Assembly (NCBI RefSeq): GCF_036365525.1
Contig: NC_090419.1
Coordinates: forward strand, 13,144,001 to 13,208,000
Source of the DNA: Heterodontus francisci
Lineage: Eukaryota
Length of the DNA: 64,000 nt
Reading direction: 5' to 3'
The notes below the pieces were generated by a model. The model made no database searches and had not been told where the DNA came from. It saw only the letters and a program-made list of their open reading frames with translations. Positions 37,401 to 48,400 of the stretch are shown here, piece after piece. Each line of letters starts with the position of its first letter. The first letter of the stretch is position 1. The translations under genes and the position numbers were made by a program.

Positions 37401-40400
37401 TCCGGCATCTGAACTGTCGGGCAGTCCAACGCCACGTTCTTCTTTAATGCAAGTATCCACTGGGCTGTTAAAGCCTCCCCAATGTGTCAGAGCACAAATA
37501 TACATTGCCTGGTGCATTACTGACCCTTATGAACCAGGAAAATTAGCCCCTTAGATTCTTGCAGTGACTTAACTGCTCAGTATAATTTTCTTGCTTGCAA
37601 ATAAATGTCACTATTAGCTTTAGCCTGAAGAGAATGGTTTGCTTGTGGTATTTACCACATTTAAAGTGGACGGGACAATATGGTGGGCATTTTATTGTAA
37701 CTAAAGAATAATTATTCTATTAGCATGGCATCCCCTCAAGGCATGAGTACACATGATCTACTTAAGTAAAGTGTCATTCTGCCCCCTCCACAGTCGAATG
37801 CCTTGCTGTGCTCGCACCTGGAGGTGATACCAGAGGGCAGCCAGTGCCCATGGAACCTGCGACCGGTTGCCTTTGGGAGGGGAAGCGAGAAGACTCAGGG
37901 AATCTGTTAGAATACCAGCATCCAAGTTGGCCTGTGTATGCGACACCTCTCATTGATGGGACAATGTGCAGGGGGTAGTTGCAGCAGAAGCATCACTGGG
38001 TTGGCTTCTGGAGTTTGCCAGTTGCATGGATACTCGCCTGAGAGCAGCTTGCCTACCCAGCCTCTCGGTTGCATTGACCCATGATCTCAGGAGACCGAGG
38101 GTCTCACGGAGAAAATAAAGAGGGACCGATGACCCGCCCATTGCAGCCAAACCTCCCTACACTGTAATATCTTTCAACCCTAACTCGATGTTGTTTTCCC
38201 CAGTTCCCAAGAGGAAAAACGTGCTGCTGACTCACGGAAAAGTGATCGGGCTGATACTCATGGTAGTTGGCGTCATTATTGCTGCAATTGGGGCGTTCAT
38301 CGGATGGAAAGGTAGGAATATTGCTACACGTTCAAACCAGCCATTGAAACACTGCCCTTTGCAAACTACTCGGACAGTCCCTTCCAGATGGCACAGTCGG
38401 TGTATTTGCGCGTTTGCTATGCCTCCCTGGGTCACTTAGAGCCCATTCGCGCTCTGACAAATGTCAGAGAGGTCTGACCGACTTCCCTTTTTCTCGATTT
38501 GTTTTCTTTTTAAAACTGTGGACTGTTTAAATTGATGAGGTGGAACTTCCTCCCGAGGGAGCAGTTTTGCGACAGATTGGAAATGGCTGTGTATCCTCGC
38601 ACTTCCTGACATGTCACTGAGAGATGTGGCAGCTGAAGTGAGACTGGTATGTTTTCAAGCCTGTTGCGCTTCGCCAAACCGATAGATAAACCAGGTAGCT
38701 GTGCAGGCAGGCACGTCCAGCCCACGAGCTCAGTGGTCCAGTGGGGAATCTCCTGGTATCTCTGACATTCCCCTCCCGTTAAAGGTACGGATTGCAGGTT
38801 AACCCGCTGACGGATGAGTCAGACTGTGTTTCACCGGGAGGTGGTTTCTCTCAGATCTGCGAGGGGAGGCAGAGGGAGAGTTAAACACGTAATCAGAGCT
38901 GTGTTAATTATTTCTTCTCAGGGCGCCATGCCAGTGGCTCACAACCTGGGCCGAATCAGGGTCAAGCCAACACACATTTGGATGCCTATGGCTGTAGCAC
39001 AAATTCAGGTAACTGCTTCCCCGGCACAACATACCATCAGTCTCTGCATTGTTCCCACAGACATTGAGATGTGGCGGTTTATTCTCTCCAGGAATAATGC
39101 ACAGCAATTGTTTACAAACTCGCAGCCAAGTTCTAGGTGGGGCCTATATCCCGGGCTGCTGCTACACAAGGTCACTGAGTCTCTCCCTCAACACTGGCAT
39201 GAGGACCTGAAAAGCGAATATAGGGGGTTAGGTTGGAAGCTAAAAGGCAGGACGAGCAGGATAGTAATCTCAGGATTGACACCGGTGCCACGTGCTAGTG
39301 AGGCTAGAAACAGAGAGTGAGTGCAGCTGAACACGTGGCTACAGAGCTGGTGTAGGAGGGAGGGCTTCAGATATGTGGATCATTGGGATATCTTCTGGGG
39401 AAGGTGGGACCTGTACAAGAAGGACGGGTTGCATCTGAACTGGAGGGGCACCAATATCCTGGGCGGGAGGTTTGCTAGCGCTCTTCGGGAGGGTTTAAAC
39501 TAGTTTGGCAGGGGGATGGGAACCGGAGCTACGGATCAGTGGATGGGGTAGCTGTTGAACAGGCAGATACAGAGTTCAGAGAGTCTGTGAGGAAGGTTAG
39601 ACAGTTGACAGGGCAAAGTTGCAACCAGTATGATGGGTTGAAGTGTGTCTATTTTAATGCAAGAAGTGTCAGGAATAAGGGTGATGAACTTAGAGCATGG
39701 ATCAGTACTTGGAGCTACGATGTTGTGGCCATTATGGAGACTTGGATATCACAGGGGCAGGAATGGATGTTGGATGTTCCGGGGTTTAGATGTTTCAAAA
39801 GGAATAGGGAGGGAGGTAAAAGAGGTGGGGGAGTGGCATTGCTAATCAGGGATAGTATCACAGCTGCAGAAAGGGAGGTCGTCGAGGAGGGTTTGTCTAC
39901 TGAGTCAATATGGGTGGAAGTCCGAAACAGGAAAGGAGCAGTCACTTTATTGGGAGTTTTCTATAGACCCCCCATTAGCAACAGAGACACGGAGGAACAG
40001 ATTGGGAGGCAGATTTTGGAAAGGTGCAGAAGTAACAGGGTTGTTGACAACTTCCCTAATATTGATTGGAACCTCCTTAGTGCAAATAGTTTGGATGGAG
40101 CAGTTTTGGTCTGGTGCGTCCAGGAAGGTTTCCTGACTCAATATGTAGATAGGCCGACTAGAGGGGAGGCTATGTTGGATTTGGTGCTTGGCAACAAACC
40201 AGGCCAGGTGGCAGATCTCTCGGTGGGAGAGCATTTCGGTGATAGTGATCACAACTCCCTGACCTTGACTATAGTCATGGAGAGGGACAGGAGCAGACGG
40301 GATGGGAAAATATTTAATTGGGGGAGGGGAAATTACAATGCTATTAGGCAGGAACTGGGGAGCATAAATTGGGAACAGATGTTCTCAGGGAAATGCACGA

Positions 40401-43400
40401 CAGAAATGTGGAGGTTGTTTAGGGAGCACTTGCTGCGACTGCTGGATAGGTTTGTCCCGATGAGGCAAGGAAGGGATGGTAGGGTGAAGGAACCTTGGAT
40501 GACAAGAGATGTGGAACAGCTAGTCAAGAGGAAGAAGAAATCTTACTTAAGGTTGAGGAAGCAAGGATCAGACAGGACTCTAGAGGGTTACAAGGTAGCC
40601 AGGAAGGAACTGAAGAATAGACTTAGGAGAGCTAGAAGGGGACATGAAAAAGTCTTGGCAGGTAGGATTAAGGAAAATCCCAAGGCGTTCTACACTTATG
40701 TGAGGAACAAGAGGATGGCCAGAGTGAGGGTAGGGCCGATCAGGGATAGTGGAGGGAACTTGTGCCTGGAGTCGGAGGAGGTAGGGGAGGTCCTAAATGA
40801 ATACTTTGCTTCAGTATTCACTAGTGAGAGGGACCTGGTCGTTTGTGAGGACAGCATGAAACAGGCTGATATGCTCGAACAGGTTGATGTTAAGAGGGAG
40901 GATGTGCTGGAAATTTTGAAAGGCATGAGGACAGATAAGTCCCCGGGGCCAGACGGGATATACCCAAGGATATTACGGGAAGCGAGGGAAGAGTTTGCCG
41001 TGTCTTTGGCAATGATCTTTGCGTCCTCACTGACCACTGGAGTAGTACCAGATGATTGGAGGGTGGCAAATGTTATTCCCTTGTTCAAGAAAGGGAATAG
41101 GGATAACCCTGGGAATTATAGACCAGTCAGTCTTACGTCGGTAGTGGGCAAATTATTGGAGAGGATTCTGAGAGGCAGGATTTATGATTATTTGGAAAAG
41201 CATAGTTTGATTAGAGACAGTCAGCATGGCTTTATGAGGGGCAGGTCATGCCTCACAAGCCTTATTGAATTCTTTGAAGATGTGACAAAACACGTTGATG
41301 AAGGAAGAGCAGTGAATGTGGTGTATATGGATTTTAGCAAGGCGTTTGATAAGGTTCCCCATGGTAGGCTCATTCAGAAAGTAAGGAGGCATGGGATACA
41401 GGGAAAGTTGGCTGTCTGGATACAGAATTGGCTGGCTCATAGAAGACAGAGGGTGGTAGTAGATTGAAAGTATTCAGCTCGGTGACCAGTGGTGTTCCAC
41501 AAGGATCTGCTCTTTGTGATTTTTATAAATGACTTGGATGAGGAAGTGGAAGGTTGGGTTAGCAAGTTTGCCGATGACACGAAGGTTGCTGGAGTTGTGG
41601 ATAGTGTGGAAGGCTGTAGTAGGTTGCAACGGGACATTGACAGGATGTAGAGCTGGGCTGAGAAGTGGCAGATGGAGTTTAACCTGGAAAAGTGTGAAGT
41701 GATTCATTTTGGAAGGTCGAATTTGAATGCAGAATACAGGTTTAAAGACAGCATTCTTGGTAGTGTGGAGGAACAGAGGGATCTTGGGGTCCATGTCCAT
41801 AGATCGCTCAAAGTTGCCACCCAAGTTGATAGGGTTGTTAAGAAAGCGTATGGTGTGTTGGCTTTCATTAACAGGGGGATTGAGTTTAAGAGCCGCGAGG
41901 TTATGCTGCAGCTCTATAAAGCCCTGGTTAGACCACACTTGGAATATTGTGTTCAGTTCTGGTCGCCTCATTATAGGAAGGATGTGGAAGCTTTAGAGAG
42001 GGTGCAGAGGAGATTTACCAGGATGCTGCCTGGACTGGAGGGCATGTCCTCCGAAGAAAGATTGAGGGAGCTAGGGCTTTTCTCTGGAGCAAAGAAGGAT
42101 GAGAGGTGACTTGATAGAGGGGTACAAGATGATGAGAGGCATAGATAGAGTGAATAGCCAGAGACTTTTTCCCAGGGCGGAAAGGGCTATCACCAGGGGG
42201 CATAATTTTAAGGTGATTGGAGGAAGGTTTCAGGGAGATGTCAGAGGTAGGTTCTTTACACAGAGAGTGGTGGGTGCGTGGAATGCACTGCCAGCGGTGG
42301 TAGTAGAAGCAGATACATTAGGGATATTTAAGCGACTCTTGGATAGGTACATGGATGACAGTAGAATGAAGGGTATGTAGGTAGTTTGATCTTAGAATAG
42401 GTTAAAGGTTCGGCACAACATAGTGGGCCAAAGGGCCTGTACTGTTCTGTGTTCTATGAGTACTACCCAACCTGGTTCAACCTCTTGAGGTTCAGCAGTC
42501 TTTCTCCCGGCCCCTCCAATCTGAGCAGAATTTCCTAGCTGATGCCTGTCCGTTAATTCCTGGTGGAGATCGCCCCGGCCGGCACAAGGTGAGTATGCGA
42601 TTGGGCCCGGCCATGACGTCAGACACCCAGCCGATACACACAGGCCGGGCTCCCACAGAAAGTACAACCCCCCCCCGCTTGGGTGAGGGGGTGGGTGGGG
42701 CGTCGGGTGCCTGTGGAACCTGAACCCCACCAACTGCAGGAGAGACGGGAAGAAATGAGGAGATGGGGAAGATGTTACATGCTAAAAATCAATGGTGGGA
42801 AGTCAGAGACTGTAGACAGTATGAGAGACAATATTGTGAGATCACTGCAGCGTTACAATTTTTATTAACGTGATTTAAAAAAAAAAATTATTTATTTAGA
42901 GATGCAGCACTGAAACAGGCCCTTCGGCCCACCGAGTCTGTGCCGACCATCAACCACCCATTAAACTAATCCTACATTAATCCCATATTCCTATTCCATC
43001 CCCACCTTCCCTCAGTGCCCCTACCACCTACCTATACTAGGGGCAATTTATAATGGCCAATTTACCTATCAACCTGCAAGTCTTTGGCTGCGGGAGGAAA
43101 TGGGAGCACCCGGAGAAAGCCCACGCAGTCACAGGGAGAACTTGCAAACTCCGCACAGGCAGTACCCAGAATTGAACCCGGGTCGCTGGAGCTCTGAGGC
43201 TGCGGTGCTAACCACTGCGCCACTGTGCCGCCCATAGATAATTTAGATTATTTTCTAAAATTAATATCCACGACATAACTTTTACCCACAAAATGATCAA
43301 ACGCCATTGAAAAATAGCTGCTCAGGGCCAGTACTTAATGGGGTCAGGAGAATGTAAGACAACGGGTGTGTTACAGGCAATACTGAGCTGTTGTTGCTTG

Positions 43401-43642
43401 TAAATATACCCTGACTGCTATTTGCATCCACTTTGTTCTCAGGAGTCTGCTCACAGGCTGAGCACCTGTGTGAAGAAATTGAATGGTCTCCAAGTCCTAC
43501 GCCCGCTGAAAGCGAACCGTCAAATTCAGAAGGCCCACCGATATTTGGAGGTGAGGTGGCCAGTGTCTACGTCCTTGCGGGTCTGGATGAATCTGACTCC
43601 TGTCGCTGCTCTGCTTCCAGAGTGGAACCACTCGCCTTGTAA
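34403..43642 (+). CDS. WB: MHC W-category beta chain gene (WB-b), 6 exons, 336 aa
   Basis: Exons 34403-34478 (leader), 35933-36190 (beta1), 37113-37394 (beta2), 38204-38311 (TM), 38922-39008, 43443-43642 (TAA). All phase 1; total 1011 nt, open frame. AATAAA at 43948. The last two exons are less certain. Confidence 0.84.
34479..35490 (+). repeat. G/A-rich low-complexity tract (GAGGGT/GGGA-like repeats) in WB-b intron 1
   Basis: About 1 kb made almost entirely of G, A and some T on the plus strand; the Pro-rich minus-strand ORFs derive from it. Confidence 0.9.
35933..36190 (+). CDS. WB: WB-b beta1 exon
   Basis: [11 protein letters not shown] (cf. class I H93/Q96/C101) and [11 protein letters not shown] (cf. 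class I A117/D119/G120/D122). Confidence 0.88.
37113..37394 (+). CDS. WB: WB-b beta2 IgSF C1 exon (class I alpha3-like)
   Basis: [17 protein letters not shown]...[10 protein letters not shown]...YTCQVEH...VW|gtaag. Confidence 0.92.
39200..42455 (+). mobile_element. 5'-truncated CR1 LINE: end of ORF1 (SGNH esterase) plus ORF2 (APE endonuclease and RT)
   Basis: ORF1 [10 protein letters not shown]; ORF2 [32 protein letters not shown] open for 642 aa, then disrupted; short-repeat tail at ~42440-42455. Confidence 0.93.
42890..43235 (-). mobile_element. Full-length V-SINE (HE1-like)
   Basis: GGGCGGCACAGTGGCGCAGTGGTTAGCAC head (A-box), B-box, V-domain and CR1-type tail. Confidence 0.82.
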
Positions 43643-44679
43643 AGAGCTCCTTCCGTTTAACCAGCATTTGAACTCCAGAATGGTCGATCGTTTCAGAGAC
43701 TGAGAGACGTGAGGCACTTGAGCGGAGCTGGATCTGAAATACAGTCAGCCCCTGGTTTAATATTTTTAGCTAACCCTGGCTCTTGTTAAATGCAGAAACT
43801 CAGGGAACTGTTGCACTATTATTGTGACTAATGGCGTGTTGACACTATAATGTGGCAAGGGTTAATAATCTAAGCAAATCATTTTGTTGCATTTACTTTT
43901 GGAGTGGGATTCTCTTCTATCTCTTTTAAAGTTACATTTCCCCTTGCAATAAATTTCATCTCTCTGCACAATGTTCTGTTGGGTCTCTAGGCAGGCATCT
44001 GTCATGTACTCATCCATCCCCCTGAGCCTTAAACTCAAATGTGTGTCCCATTCGGCTGTGCATAATGTTTTGTGATGTGACATTTTCTGCGCTGAAGGCA
44101 CGATCTAAATACAGGTTCACTGATCAGTTCCATGCTGGTGACTGGCACTCAATGTAGTCCGTTCCATTTCATTGCACCTGTTCGTGAAACTGCCGGTGCA
44201 GCAGCTCCTCGTTCGTAGCGTCACCAGAAATGTTGGCGCTAACTTATTTTACGCGGACAGGATTCCCACTGCGCGTTCAGTGAGGTTACCTCGGCAGTGC
44301 GGAGGATCTCGGTCTTGGTGGAGAGGATTAATCCAGTCCGTGTTAGAGGTCAGAGGCGGTTCAGCACTTCCGAGGTGCTCAGCGAGCCCAAGTGACGCAG
44401 TTCCTCGTGTCAGTCACTGGGACCTTGTACCCAAACTGCGCCCCCAGTCGACTCACTATTTAACCCTAGGAAGTCCAGGTATCATTCTGGTAAATCTACA
44501 CTGCCCTCCCTCCAAGGCCAGTGTATCCTTCCGCGGGTGTGGTGCCCAGAACTGCTCACGGCGCTCCAAGTGTGGACTACCTCTTTTAATTCAACCAATC
44601 AGAGTATTTCGCCAGTTAAGAGGTAATTAGTGTCCCCCGTCTGAATGGTGCACCACTAATAAGTAAAACGTTAAAGAAA

Positions 44680-45090
44680 ACTTAAATCAAAATAACACTC
44701 CCAGGGATGATAGTGCACTGCAGTTCCTCCAGTGCCCACCAGTCAGGGAAGACCTCGAGCGTGCCGGCAGACACCGCGCGCTCCCTCACAGGGACGGACG
44801 CCCGCCCGCCCGGGCACGGGCGTGGCTGCGGAAGAGAAGGCAGGCCGTTGGGCCAACGACCCTCTCGACCACCCAGCGCCTGGAACTGTTAATGGCCACC
44901 TTGGCCAGGCCCAGGAGAAGTCCCACCAGGCTGTCCTCCCAACCAGACTGTCCTCCCAACCAGGCTGTCCTCCCAACCTGCTGGTTCGCTCGCTGCCCTC
45001 TGCACCGAGTGGCCATAGCTCAGGAGCGTGGGACTGAAGTGCAGCCAGAAGCTGAGCAGCCCCTTCACAGAATGGAATAGAGGCTGTCAC
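44680..45090 (-). mobile_element. Tx1-clade LINE 3' fragment
   Basis: LVGLLLGLAKVAIN matches the element at 9060-9330. Confidence 0.7.
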
Positions 45091-45411
45091 CTCTCCCTTT
45101 CAACGTGTAAACCATTCATGACATTTTTGTATTGCAGTGAACTGCATTTCTGTAGCGCCATTCTCGACCTTTAGGCTTTCCGGCCAATGAGGTACTTCGA
45201 GAAGTGTGATCACTGTTGTTGGAAATGTGGCAGCCAACTTCTGAACAGCAAGCTACCTAATAACTAGATAAACTAATCTAATATTGGCCCAGGACACTGG
45301 GGAGAAGTACCACCCACCAAAGCCCATCGCTTACAGTCATGTCAGTGGGATCTTTTACATCCATTTGAGAGGGAAGACCGGGGCCTCGCTTAATGTCTCA
45401 TCTGAAAGACG

Positions 45412-48400
45412 ATACCTCCGACAGTGCTGCGCTCCCTCAGTACTGTCCCTTTGATGGTGCAGCAGTCCCTCAGTACTGACCCTCCGACAGTGCGGCGCTC
45501 CCTCGGTACTAACCCTCCAACAGTGCGGTGCTCCCTCCGAACTGACCCTCCAACAGCGTGGCGCTCCCTCAGTTCTGACCCTCCCACAGGGCGGTGCTCC
45601 CTCAGTACTGACCCTCCGACAGCGCAGTGCTCTCTCCGTACTGACCCTCTGACAGTGCGGCGCTCCCTCAGTACTGACCCTCCGACAGTGCGGCGCTCCC
45701 TCAGTACTGACCCTCCGTCAGTGTGGCGCTCCCTCAGTACTGACCCTCCGACAGTGCGGCGCTCCCTCAGTACTGACCCTCCGTCAGTGTGGCGCTCCCT
45801 CAGTACTGACCCTCCGTCAGTGTGGCGCTCCCTCGGTACTGACCCTCCGACAGTGTGGCGCTCACTCAGTACTGACCCTCCGTCAGTGCGGCGCTCCCTC
45901 AGTACTGACCCTCCGTCAGTGTGGCGCTCCCTCGGTACTAACCCTCCAACAGTGCGGTGCTCCCTCCGAACTGACCCTCCAACAGCGTGGCGCTCCCTCA
46001 GTTCTGACCCTCCCACAGGGCGGTGCTCCCTCAGTACTGACCCTCCGACAGCGCAGTGCTCTCTCCGTACTGACCCTCTGACAGTGCGGCGCTCCCTCAG
46101 TACTGACCCTCCGACAGTGCGGCGCTCCCTCAGTACTGACCCTCCGTCAGTGTGGCGCTCCCTCAGTACTGACCCTCCGACAGTGCGGCGCTCCCTCAGT
46201 ACTGACCCTCCGTCAGTGTGGCGCTCCCTCAGTACTGACTCTCCGTCAGTGTGGCGCTCCCTCGGTACTGACCCTCCGACAGTGTGGCGCTCACTCAGTA
46301 CTGACCCTCCATCAGTGCGGCGCTCCCTCAGTACTGACCCTCCGTCAGTGTGGCGCTCCCTCAGTACTGACCCTGCGACAGTGCGGCGCTCCCTCAGTAC
46401 TGACCCTCCGACAGTGCGGCGCTCCCTCAGTACTGACCCTCCGACAGTGCGGCGCTCCCTCAGTACTGACATTCTCACAGTGCGGCGCTCCCTCAGTACT
46501 GACCCTCCGACAGTGCGGCGCTCCCTCAGTACTGACATTCTCACAGTGCGGCGCTCCCTCAGTACTGACCCTCCGACAGTGCGGTGCTCCCTCAGTACTG
46601 ACCCTCCGACAGTGCGGCGCTCCCTCAGTACTGACATTCTCACAGTGCGGCGCTCCCTCAGTACTGACCCTCCGACAGTGCGGCGCTCCCTCAGTACTGA
46701 CATTCTCACAGTGCGGCGCTCCCTCAGTACTGACCCTCCGACAGTGCGGCGCTCCCTCAGTACTGACATTCTCACAGTGCGGCGCTCCCTCAGTACTGAC
46801 CCTCCGTCAGTGCGGCGTTCCCTCAGTACTGACCCTCCGTCAGTGTGGCGCTCCCTCAGTACTGACCCTCCGACAGTGCGGCGCTCCCTCAGTACTGACC
46901 CTCCGACAGTGCGGCGCTCCCTCAGTACTGACCCTCCGACAGTGCGGCGCTCCCTCAGTACTGACATTCTCACAGTGCGGCGCTCCCTCAGTACTGACCC
47001 TCCGACAGTGCGGTGCTCCCTCAGTACTGACCCTCCGACAGTGCGGCGCTCCCTCAGTACTGAAATTCTCACAGTGCGGCGCTCCCTCAGTACTGACATT
47101 CTCACAGTGCGGCGCTCCCTCAGTACTGACCCTCCGACAGTGCGGCGCTCCCTCAGTACTGACATTCTCACAGTGCGGCGCTCCCTCAGTACTGACCCTC
47201 CGACAGTGCGGCGCTCCCTCAGTACTGACATTCTCACAGTGCGGCGCTCCCTCAGTACTGACCCTCCGACAGTGCGGCGCTCCCTCAGTACTGACATTCT
47301 CACAGTGCGGCGCTCCCTCAGTACTGACCCTCCGACAGTGCAGCGCTCCCTCAGTACTGACATTCTCACAGTGCGGCGCTCCCTCAGTACTGACCCTCCG
47401 ACAGTGCGGCGCTCCCTCAGTACTGACATTCTCACAGTGCGGCGCTCCCTCAGTACTGACCCTCCGACAGTGCGGTGCTCCCTCAGTACTGACCCTCCGA
47501 CAGTGCGGCGCTCCCTCAGTACTGACCCTCTGACAGTGCAGCGCTCCCTCAGTACTGACCCTCTGTCAGTGTGGCGCTCCCTCAGTACTGACCCTGCGAC
47601 AGTGCGGCGCTCCCTCAGTACTGACCCTCCGACAGTGCGGCGCTCCCTCAGTACTGACCCTCCGACAGTGCGGCGCTCCCTCAGTACTGACATTCTCACA
47701 GTGCGGCGCTCCCTCAGTACTGACCCTCCGACAGTGCGGCGCTCCCTCAGTACTGACATTCTCACAGTGCGGCGCTCCCTCAGTACTGACCCTCCGACAG
47801 TGCGGTGCTCCCTCAGTACTGACCCTCCGACAGTGCGGCGCTCCCTCAGTACTGACATTCTCACAGTGCGGCGCTCCCTCAGTACTGACCCTCCGACAGT
47901 GCGGCGCTCCCTCAGTACTGACATTCTCACAGTGCGGCGCTCCCTCAGTACTGACCCTCCGACAGTGCGGCGCTCCCTCAGTACTGACATTCTCACAGTG
48001 CGGCGCTCCCTCAGTACTGACCCTCCGTCAGTGCGGCGTTCCCTCAGTACTGACCCTCCGTCAGTGTGGCGCTCCCTCAGTACTGACCCTCCGACAGTGC
48101 GGCGCTCCCTCAGTACTGACCCTCCGACAGTGCGGCGCTCCCTCAGTACTGACCCTCCGACAGTGCGGCGCTCCCTCAGTACTGACATTCTCACAGTGCG
48201 GCGCTCCCTCAGTACTGACCCTCCGACAGTGCGGTGCTCCCTCAGTACTGACCCTCCGACAGTGCGGCGCTCCCTCAGTACTGACATTCTCACAGTGCGG
48301 CGCTCCCTCAGTACTGACCCTCCGACAGTGCGGCGCTCCCTCAGTACTGACATTCTCACAGTGCGGCGCTCCCTCAGTACTGACCCTCCGACAGTGCAGC

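Noticed and set aside
34403-38311. Classical MHC class I heavy chain missing alpha1
   Set aside because: The leader splices in phase directly to the alpha2-like exon, no alpha1 exon is visible in the intron, and an alpha-chain partner lies head-to-head.
43555-43585. ITIM in the WB-b tail (SVYVLA)
   Set aside because: The Y+3 residue is Ala, not I/V/L.
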